A DNA stretch of 29,370 bases, taken from Pseudobacteriovorax sp. (GTDB taxonomy: Bacteria > Bdellovibrionota_B > Oligoflexia > Oligoflexales > Oligoflexaceae). The stretch lies in contig JBNKNM010000051.1 of assembly GCA_050293845.1 (NCBI GenBank), positions 1 through 29,370 on the forward strand, written 5' to 3'. Shown here one piece after another: positions 9,098-16,876 of the stretch; position 1 is the stretch's first letter; each line of letters begins with the position of its first letter. Under the pieces are notes generated by a model, which saw only the letters and a list, made by a program, of their open reading frames with translations, searched no databases and had not been told where the DNA came from. The translations under genes were made by a program, and so were the position numbers.

Positions 9098-9106
9098 CAT
9101 GCAACC

Positions 9107-9147
9107 GGGATCTGAAAAATTCAGTGAAAAAATTTTTATCAGATCCC
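9107..9147. other. Stem-loop just after the purA stop codon
   Basis: GGGATCTGA (9107-9115) pairs with TCAGATCCC (9139-9147), extended inward by AAAATT/AATTTT; no strong U-tract. Confidence 0.45.
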
Positions 9148-9179
9148 CTTGAGAGTAATTTTTAACATCCGGGGTTTGT

Positions 9180-12100
9180 ATGGATGACTTTCACCCAATT
9201 GTTGCGGAATGGTTCAAGGACAAATTTAAGACACCAACTCTCCCCCAAGCCCGCGGATGGCCCCCCCTAAGACAAAACAAAAATGTTTTGATAGCAGCCC
9301 CTACGGGGTCTGGGAAAACCATGTCAGCTTTCCTGGTTGCCATTGACCAGCTCGTGAGACAAGCTATCACCGGAACCCTAGATGATCGACTTGAGGTCGT
9401 GTACGTTTCACCACTGCGAGCGCTTTCTAACGATATAAAGATCAATCTAGAAGTTCCCCTTGCAGAAATAACAGATCTAGTACAGCAGCGAACCGGTAAA
9501 AACATCAAAATCCAGGTAGGGCTGCGCACTGGGGACAGTACAGCTACGGAACGATCGCGCCTTTTAAAGAGCCACCCCCATATCTTGGTCACTACTCCAG
9601 AATCCCTTTACCTTCTTCTTACCAATGCCCGCGGACGCGCTCTGCTGGAACCGGCGCGATATCTCATTGTCGATGAGATTCATGCCCTTGCCCGCGATAA
9701 ACGCGGTAGTCATCTCAGTCTGAGTCTTTGCCGTCTCCAGCACCTCTGTCAGAGACAGCTCATTAAAGTGGGTCTATCAGCCACTCTCAAACCGTTATCG
9801 TTAGTAGGGGACTTTCTCTGCTATCGTGAACCCTATAAGATTATCGACTGCAGCGCTGTTCGTAACATAGAACTTGCCGTTAGCATTCCTGAATCTCCGC
9901 TGTCAGCAGTTTGCAGCCATGAACAGTGGTCCGAAGTATTCCACAATCTAGAGCAAGCTATTACCTCCCATCGCTCAACCCTGGTTTTTGTCAATACCCG
10001 ACGGATGGCAGAGCGGGTGACTTTTCACCTTGCGGAACTGCTGGGAGAGGATGCTGTAACCAGCCACCACGGCAGTTTATCAAAGGAAGCCCGGTTCAAT
10101 GCTGAGCAACGCTTAAAGTCGGGGCAGCTCAAAGCGATTGTAGCAACGGCTTCTTTGGAACTGGGTATCGATGTGGGATTCATCGATCAAGTATGTCAAA
10201 TAGGATCTCCTCGCTCCATTGCTACGTTTCTCCAACGCATTGGTAGATCCGGTCACGCTCTTGGTCTCACCCCCAAAGGGCTCTTATTTGCCTTAACCCG
10301 CGATGAACTCTTAGAGTGCTATGCATTGATCCAAGCAGTTCAAGATGGTGATATGGATACCATTGAAATTCCAGAAAATCCTCTTGATATTCTCGCCCAA
10401 CAAATAGTCGCCGCAGTAGCAGAGGAAGAATGGTATGCAAATGATCTCTTCAAACTCGTCACAAACTGCTGGACCTTCCGTAACCTAGAACGCAGTTTGT
10501 TCGACCAAATACTCAAGCTTCTCAACGACGGGGCCAGTGCTACGACTCGTAAAGGGGCGTTCATACATTGGGACAAGATCAACGATAGAGTTAAAGGGCG
10601 GCCCCACGCTAGACTTTCAGCTTTAACATCCGGGGGAGCCATTCCAGAGCAAAATCTTTATCGGGTTGTTACCGGGGATAGTGGCACATTTGTCGGTACA
10701 CTGGATGAGGATTTTGCTATTGAGTCCAGCCGGGGTGATATCTTCCTGCTCGGCAACACTTCCTGGCAGGTTGAAGCTGTACGCCAGGGGCAAGTTATCG
10801 TCCATGATGCCGGTGGTGCCCCGCCCTCGATCCCTTTTTGGCTCGGCGAAGCGCCTGGCAGAACATATGAGCTGTCCCGTAAGGTCTCCGAGTTGCGAGC
10901 TAGCATCGATGCGCTGCTGGATGATGTTAATTTCGCTGAAGATCCTGTTAATCTCGAAACGAGGGGCTTTTCCCAGCGGTATTACCCTCTACAAAAGTTT
11001 CTTCAGGAGCAGTGCCACGCTGATGATTGGGGAATTCAGCAGATCCTCAACTATTGCAGCAGCCAAAAGTTAGCTATGGAAAAGCTTCCTACGCTGCAAG
11101 ATATTTATTTCGAGCGTTTTTTTGATGATACAGGTGGGATGCAACTAGTGGTACATGCTCCCTATGGAGCCCGTATCAACCGCGCTTGGGGATTAGCCTT
11201 TCGTAAAAGGTTTTGCCGTAGTTTTGATTTTGAGCTTCAGGCTATCGCTGATGATAACGGTATCGTGTTGGCTGTAGGACCTAACCAGAGCTTTCCCTTG
11301 GAGAGTATGTTCAACATGCTCAATTCCCAGAATTGTCGGCATTTACTCATCCAAGCATTGCTGGATGCACCTATGTTTCAAATTCGCTGGCGTTGGAACG
11401 TTACTAGAGCATTGGCCGTGCTAAGATTTCGTGGAGGCAAGAAAGTCCCTCCCCACCTCCAGCGCTATCAATCCGATGATCTGTTAACCAGTGTCTTTCC
11501 CGGACAAACCCAGTGCTTCGAACACCGCACAGGAGACTTAGAAGTTCCTGATCACCCTTACGTTTTACAGACAGTACACGACTGTCTCACCGAAGCCATG
11601 GATGTGACACGTTTTGAAGAACTTATGCTAGCAAAAAAAGAAGGACAGATTACTTTTCACGGTATCGATACTAGGGAACCTTCTCCCTTTAGTTACGAAC
11701 TCATCAATGCCAACCCTTATGCATTTTTGGATGATGCTCCCCTCGAGGAAAGGCGGACACGAGCCGTATTTACACGAAGCGTTCTCAATCCAGCTGATTT
11801 TCAACAACTGGGCAGTTTAGACCTTAAGGCTATTAATAAGGTCTGCAGTGAAGCCTGGCCCCTCATTCGCAATCCTGACGAATTACACGATGCCTTATGC
11901 CAGTGGGTGGCTATACCCCTGCAAGATATTCTACCTCAAAAGTCCATGTTAGAAAAACTTATCATCCATCACCGTGCTTTTATGTTTCATCATCATGGGG
12001 ACACCTTAGCTGCCGCCAGTGAAAACCTGGGATCGATTCGTTCCCTATATAATTTTACAGAGGAGCTACCCCATGTTCCCACTCTGTACCGTGAAAAAAA

Positions 12101-13604
12101 ACCTTGGAAGGATGCCTTAAAGGCTTTTGTCAGGGGGCAGTTAGAATGTCGTGGCCCTACCAAAGCAAACGAACTAGCCCAAACCCTTGGTATTGATGAA
12201 GCTCATATCAACACTACTCTGCTTGCATTAGAAAGCGATGGTGTTATTCTTTCGGGTCATTTTCGCAGTGGACCTCCCGCAGTAAAAGAGTGGTGCGAAA
12301 GGCGATTATTAGCGCGTATCCACCGCTTAACCATTGAGGGTCTCAGGGAACAGATTAAGCCTGTTGCCCTTACTCAGTTCATAAAGTTTTTGTACCACCA
12401 TCAACATCTGGACCCTGCCACGCAGCTATCAGGTGAAGATGGTACCAAGCAAATCTTGCTACAACTTATGGGGTATGAAGCTCCTTGTAGCTCATGGGAA
12501 CAAGAAATACTTGCCAGTCGCATTGATAATTACTCACCACAATTTCTCGATAACTTATGTTTTACGGGAAGCTTTGGCTGGGGACGTTTAGCACCTCCCC
12601 ATAAAAAAGCCGACGATAGAGAAAAAATAAACCAACTAAGCCGTATTATGCCCATATCTTTTTTTCCACGGACTCAGTTATCCTGGCTTTTAAGAAAAGA
12701 ACGCCCTGATGATTACTTACATATAACAGAACTAGGCCGTAAGATTTATGATTACTTAGCAACGGGTGTAACGCCATTTTTCGAGGACTTGAAAGCAGCG
12801 ATCCGACAACCTGCAGCAGCTGTGGAAGAAGCGCTTGGCGAGCTGGTAAGCCTTGGCTTTGTGAATGCCGATAGCTTTGCTGCCCTGCGCCCATTTATCT
12901 CAAGCGATCGTAAATTGAAAAGCTCCAGTAGCATTAGAAAACGGTCCCGCAGGCGATTGATCTTTGAAACAGGATTTCAAAAGGGGGGTCGCTGGGCCAT
13001 GTTCCCTCCTCCCATGCCTCCCATCGAAGAATCTGAACGCATCGAAAACTGGGCTTGGCTTTTGTTGGAGCGCTACGGTGTCGTATTTAAAGATCTTATA
13101 TTAAGGGAAAAACTTGTTCCTAACTGGTTTGATTTAGTACGAACCTATCGGCGCATGGAGATGCGTGGAGAGATTCGCGGAGGACGTTTTGTCCATGGTG
13201 TTAGCGGCGAGCAATTTGCTCTTCACGAAGCGATTGATAAGCTGCGCTCCCTAAGGTCCATTACATCTTCCCAGCAGTGGATCGTCCTATCTGCATGCGA
13301 CCCTTTAAATTTGGAAGGTATCGTTAACGATCATAAAAAAATTACTCGCACACCAGGCAATCGTCTACTCTTTGAGAATGGCGAACTTATAGCTTATCGC
13401 GAAGCGGGGGCAACAAAGATACTAATAGAAACGACTCCAGAAAAAGTCGAGATGATCAAGAGAGCCATAAGATTAAACGGTCACTTTCGACAAAATGATC
13501 CTTTTTTGAAGCAGTTTTTCAATAGCCTGGAGAAGCAAAAGGATAAGCCCTCCTCCAGCTCTAAAGGAAATTTAACTTGGTCATTAATTAAAGGTGAGCG
13601 CTAG
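9180..13604 (+). CDS. lhr: Large helicase-related (Lhr) SF2 helicase, long form with C-terminal winged-helix/glycosylase-like region
   Basis: APTGSGKT, YVSPLRAL, TTPESL, VDEIH, GLSAT, VFVNTRR, HHGSLS, ATASLELGID, QRIGRSGH, PLDILAQQI, SGGAIP, VGTLDEDF, IPFWLGE, HAPYGARIN; C-terminal LLERYGVV...EMRGEIRGGRFV...GEQFA and LSACDPLNL. Confidence 0.92.
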   Translation: MDDFHPIVAEWFKDKFKTPTLPQARGWPPLRQNKNVLIAAPTGSGKTMSAFLVAIDQLVRQAITGTLDDRLEVVYVSPLRALSNDIKINLEVPLAEITDLVQQRTGKNIKIQVGLRTGDSTATERSRLLKSHPHILVTTPESLYLLLTNARGRALLEPARYLIVDEIHALARDKRGSHLSLSLCRLQHLCQRQLIKVGLSATLKPLSLVGDFLCYREPYKIIDCSAVRNIELAVSIPESPLSAVCSHEQWSEVFHNLEQAITSHRSTLVFVNTRRMAERVTFHLAELLGEDAVTSHHGSLSKEARFNAEQRLKSGQLKAIVATASLELGIDVGFIDQVCQIGSPRSIATFLQRIGRSGHALGLTPKGLLFALTRDELLECYALIQAVQDGDMDTIEIPENPLDILAQQIVAAVAEEEWYANDLFKLVTNCWTFRNLERSLFDQILKLLNDGASATTRKGAFIHWDKINDRVKGRPHARLSALTSGGAIPEQNLYRVVTGDSGTFVGTLDEDFAIESSRGDIFLLGNTSWQVEAVRQGQVIVHDAGGAPPSIPFWLGEAPGRTYELSRKVSELRASIDALLDDVNFAEDPVNLETRGFSQRYYPLQKFLQEQCHADDWGIQQILNYCSSQKLAMEKLPTLQDIYFERFFDDTGGMQLVVHAPYGARINRAWGLAFRKRFCRSFDFELQAIADDNGIVLAVGPNQSFPLESMFNMLNSQNCRHLLIQALLDAPMFQIRWRWNVTRALAVLRFRGGKKVPPHLQRYQSDDLLTSVFPGQTQCFEHRTGDLEVPDHPYVLQTVHDCLTEAMDVTRFEELMLAKKEGQITFHGIDTREPSPFSYELINANPYAFLDDAPLEERRTRAVFTRSVLNPADFQQLGSLDLKAINKVCSEAWPLIRNPDELHDALCQWVAIPLQDILPQKSMLEKLIIHHRAFMFHHHGDTLAAASENLGSIRSLYNFTEELPHVPTLYREKKPWKDALKAFVRGQLECRGPTKANELAQTLGIDEAHINTTLLALESDGVILSGHFRSGPPAVKEWCERRLLARIHRLTIEGLREQIKPVALTQFIKFLYHHQHLDPATQLSGEDGTKQILLQLMGYEAPCSSWEQEILASRIDNYSPQFLDNLCFTGSFGWGRLAPPHKKADDREKINQLSRIMPISFFPRTQLSWLLRKERPDDYLHITELGRKIYDYLATGVTPFFEDLKAAIRQPAAAVEEALGELVSLGFVNADSFAALRPFISSDRKLKSSSSIRKRSRRRLIFETGFQKGGRWAMFPPPMPPIEESERIENWAWLLLERYGVVFKDLILREKLVPNWFDLVRTYRRMEMRGEIRGGRFVHGVSGEQFALHEAIDKLRSLRSITSSQQWIVLSACDPLNLEGIVNDHKKITRTPGNRLLFENGELIAYREAGATKILIETTPEKVEMIKRAIRLNGHFRQNDPFLKQFFNSLEKQKDKPSSSSKGNLTWSLIKGER

Positions 13605-13625
13605 TCTCCTTTATACAGACAGTGC

Positions 13626-15971
13626 CTAAAAAGGCAGTTTTTTGCCCTTGAAAAGATCCTTGGCCTTATTCCTAAGCTTTTCTTCGAGTTTCTTACCCTC
13701 TTTCTTAATCTTTGCCCGTTGCTCCTTCTTCACCTTATTGAGCTTTTCTTTAGCCTTCTGACCCATGACTGCCTTGACTTTTTTACCCGCTACCCCAGCA
13801 AAGTGAACTGGAATTTGCTCAAACTTATAACAAGGAACGCTTAGCTGACAACCAACTTTGATGGGTAGACGAACAGGCTGTCCCGGTTCAGCAAGGATTT
13901 CTTTGACAGTCACCCCATTGTAGGTCATATCAACATCTTGAAGCCTTGTTTTGTTGTAAACATCAATAACGTTCCACTTGGCGTTGATTCTATCTTTAAT
14001 GAGATCAATCCAAGTATAGCCTTCGATCAGTACTCCTTGCTGAGGATATGGCTCTCCTTTAAAGTTAGGAGCCTCTATGGCCCCATCTTTCAAGGTAAAA
14101 TTTGAGCTAAATTCCTTATAACCTACCTTTGAATCGGACCAGGATTTTGATTCGTAGTTCGGGATTTGAGACCATTTCTTTCGAATGCTTTGTATGCCCT
14201 CACTAGCACCATCTTTAACCATCTTACTCACATCGATAGTAGCAAAGTTAGCTTCTTTAATAGAAAATTTTCCTTTCAGAGCAAGATGCTTTAAAACACT
14301 ATCTGGGTTGAGACTAAACCCTACTCCATTAGCTCTAAAGGAAAGCCTCCCTATCACTGTATTGGCAAAAGATGGAAATTGGCTTTGTACAGCTTTTTCA
14401 AAATTAATGTTATTAACGTCAATACCTAGAGAATAAGTTGGTTGCTGAGGTTTAAGATCTAAGTCAGCAACAGTTTTAAGTTCACCATCAAAAACGTTAA
14501 ATTTTAAAGGATCGAGGTGGAATTTTAAGTTCTTAAATTGAGCATCAGTGATAAGGTTAGATATTTTCACCTTCGAGAATATTAATTCGGTAAAATTTAC
14601 CAAAAGATTCGCTTGCAATCCTTGCAAAAAAGCATTGTGTCTTAAATGGTCCAAATCCTTGTCAAGGTTTGCTGGAGGAGACGAGGTTTTATTCGTAGCT
14701 ATGGTCTTTGCCCCCTTCTTTGCTGCAGCTGGTTTGGAGTTCTCTGATGCTTTCTCAGCTTCAGGTAAGATCTTATCGAGATTTAACTTATTGGATTTAA
14801 TCGATACTTTAATATTAGGCTTCGCAAAATTTTCAATTTTTCCCACTATACTAACATCAGAATCATCAGTATTTATATTTATTTTCAAACTTTCCAAATT
14901 GTCAGTTTTTAGCAAGGCAGTCCAGGAAAGTCCAATATTTTGGGCGAATAAGCCTTTCAGAGCTGGAATTACGGAGGGCCATTTATTGGTGTGAATAGTA
15001 TTTTGTTTGACTGCGAATCGATACTCTAATGGATTAAAAGCAGCTTCACCAGAAGCTTCCAACAATAATTCGTGGAAAGCCAATTTCAACAGACCATTTT
15101 TGAAATGACTTGCTGATACATCACCTCTAATTTGTATCGCTCCAGTAATGCCAGGTGACTTTCTAAAATCACTCCCAATACTAAGCCCCATGTCAGTAAA
15201 GGTACCATTCAAATCTATATGAAAACCCACAGGTTTTTGATCTTTAACCGATGCGAGAACCGTTCCCATAATCTCAAATGGTCCTTGGACGACCATATCC
15301 CCCACCTTGGTATCCACATCAGTCCAAATTTTTATGTTCATAGTTTGGGACAGAGAAATATCATCTAAAAGCACACTTAGTCGCTTCAATTCAAACTTAT
15401 CTTCTGAGGTTTCATCGATAAATCTAATATCAGAGTTACGAATGTATAAACTTGACTTAGCATTGAGAACGATTTCAGGTAAGCCGGCAACTTCCTCCTG
15501 GGACTCCTGATCCGAGTTCACTTCAATGCTATCTTTTGGCAGCTTTGTCGACTCAGTCTCAATAGCTGAAGGTTTATCAGTTGGTTTCGTTTTTTTAACA
15601 ATAGTAGCGACATTGATGTCACCATTTTTAAATTTCTTTAAAAGTATCTGCGGTTCAATCAATTCAAGCTTTAGCTCTGGCTTTCCAGTAATCAATGGCA
15701 TAAAGGGGAAATGAACGTAGGCACCATCAACCTTAAGGATACTGTCATTATTGCTATCAATAACTTGGAGACCTTCTATCTCGATAGATAACTTTCCCCA
15801 TAAATCTAATCTTAACTTACCGACCTCTACTTTACCTTCGATGTGTTCATTAGCTAATTTTTGCAGTTCAGGTCGGTATTGATCAACATCAACAAACAGA
15901 GGTATCATCACTGCCAGCAGTATGAAAAGCCCCATCAACGATAATAAGACAATAGCTATTTTCCTGATCAT
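13626..15971 (-). CDS. AsmA family protein (inner-membrane-anchored, beta-rich periplasmic protein)
   Basis: Start revised to ATG 15971, behind AGGAGG. N-terminal TM followed by PLFVDVDQYRPEL..., typical of AsmA N-termini; SNKLNLDKIL, FNVFDGEL, GKFSIKEA, YKEFSSNFTLKDGAI and PVRLPIKVG...P resemble AsmA C-terminal motifs. Confidence 0.82.
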   Translation of the reverse strand: MIRKIAIVLLSLMGLFILLAVMIPLFVDVDQYRPELQKLANEHIEGKVEVGKLRLDLWGKLSIEIEGLQVIDSNNDSILKVDGAYVHFPFMPLITGKPELKLELIEPQILLKKFKNGDINVATIVKKTKPTDKPSAIETESTKLPKDSIEVNSDQESQEEVAGLPEIVLNAKSSLYIRNSDIRFIDETSEDKFELKRLSVLLDDISLSQTMNIKIWTDVDTKVGDMVVQGPFEIMGTVLASVKDQKPVGFHIDLNGTFTDMGLSIGSDFRKSPGITGAIQIRGDVSASHFKNGLLKLAFHELLLEASGEAAFNPLEYRFAVKQNTIHTNKWPSVIPALKGLFAQNIGLSWTALLKTDNLESLKININTDDSDVSIVGKIENFAKPNIKVSIKSNKLNLDKILPEAEKASENSKPAAAKKGAKTIATNKTSSPPANLDKDLDHLRHNAFLQGLQANLLVNFTELIFSKVKISNLITDAQFKNLKFHLDPLKFNVFDGELKTVADLDLKPQQPTYSLGIDVNNINFEKAVQSQFPSFANTVIGRLSFRANGVGFSLNPDSVLKHLALKGKFSIKEANFATIDVSKMVKDGASEGIQSIRKKWSQIPNYESKSWSDSKVGYKEFSSNFTLKDGAIEAPNFKGEPYPQQGVLIEGYTWIDLIKDRINAKWNVIDVYNKTRLQDVDMTYNGVTVKEILAEPGQPVRLPIKVGCQLSVPCYKFEQIPVHFAGVAGKKVKAVMGQKAKEKLNKVKKEQRAKIKKEGKKLEEKLRNKAKDLFKGKKLPF

Positions 15972-16044
15972 TACGAAATCCTCCTGTCTGGTTCTTAGGA
16001 TAGGTGATCTGCTGCCTTGGTTGCAAGTCATGATCAGACAAATT

Positions 16045-16064
16045 CTTCGCACAAATGTGCGAAG
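16045..16064. other. Perfect inverted repeat between speD and the AsmA gene (weak terminator or operator)
   Basis: CTTCGCACA-AA-TGTGCGAAG; on the minus strand it is followed only by AATTTG. Confidence 0.35.
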
Positions 16065-16098
16065 TCACAGTCATTATTAGAGCTGAGTATGGTTATGG

Positions 16099-16863
16099 TT
16101 AGTCAGACCACATATATGCAGTACCCCGCATCTCTTCTCTAACCATGTGAATGTACTTTCTCACCTCAAGGTTCGCCAGATCTACATCTTCAATAAAGTA
16201 ACTAGATTCATCAAGCCGGGTGCGAATCATCTTCGTCTGCCAAATATTTTCAGATTGTAGAGTAAGATCAACACAGTGATAATCGGCTAGAATATGCGGA
16301 TCAATGTAATCTTGTATACTATGCATGGCATGATCCATAAAGATCCGCTTTCCTCCTACATCACGGGTGTAACCTCGCACAACATAGTCCACTACCACCA
16401 CATCAGACTCAAAGGCCTCAAACATATAATTTAAAGCTTTGAGTGGTGAAATTTCGCCGCAAGTTGAGATATTAATATCCACTCTAAAGGTACAAATTTG
16501 CCCTTCTTTACGGAAATCGGGATAGGTATGGGCACAAATATGACTCTTATCGAGATGCATACTGACATCTCCAACCCCACTTCCTTTGATATCGCTCATG
16601 AGCAAGAGACAGCTGGCTCCCCAAGGATCATAATCCTGATTAGATACTGAAAGCACCTTTGCCGCAATGATATCGCATATTCCTTCAAGGATTCTAGTAA
16701 TCCGTTTAGCATTGTATCTATCATAAATATATTGGATATAAGACTGCTGCTCCGACTCGCTGCGAGCAACACAGAAATCGTATAAATTAAAATTTAGAGC
16801 CTTTGTTAGATTATTAAAACCTTCCAGCTTCATTGGTCCGTCAAAAGCAGCGATACGCTTCAT
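16099..16863 (-). CDS. speD: S-adenosylmethionine decarboxylase proenzyme (long, E. coli-type class 1A)
   Basis: LEGFNNLTKALNFNLYDFC, YIYDRYNAKRIT, QDYDPWGAS, HLDK|SHICAHTYP (self-cleavage site and pyruvoyl Ser), TFRVDINISTCGEISPLKALNY, DYVVRGYTRD, ENIWQTKM. Confidence 0.93.
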   Translation of the reverse strand: MKRIAAFDGPMKLEGFNNLTKALNFNLYDFCVARSESEQQSYIQYIYDRYNAKRITRILEGICDIIAAKVLSVSNQDYDPWGASCLLLMSDIKGSGVGDVSMHLDKSHICAHTYPDFRKEGQICTFRVDINISTCGEISPLKALNYMFEAFESDVVVVDYVVRGYTRDVGGKRIFMDHAMHSIQDYIDPHILADYHCVDLTLQSENIWQTKMIRTRLDESSYFIEDVDLANLEVRKYIHMVREEMRGTAYMWSD

Positions 16864-16876
16864 AGTAAATTCTCCC

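Noticed and set aside
9191..12934. Several short ORFs inside lhr
   Set aside because: Antisense or out-of-frame shadows of a conserved gene.
15972..16052. 27-aa N-terminal extension of the AsmA ORF, and a possible structured or SRP-like RNA (CCAAGGCAG on the minus strand)
   Set aside because: A strong AGGAGG precedes ATG 15971; the SRP RNA core (CAGG...GGAA...AGCA) is absent and pairing is limited to short stems.
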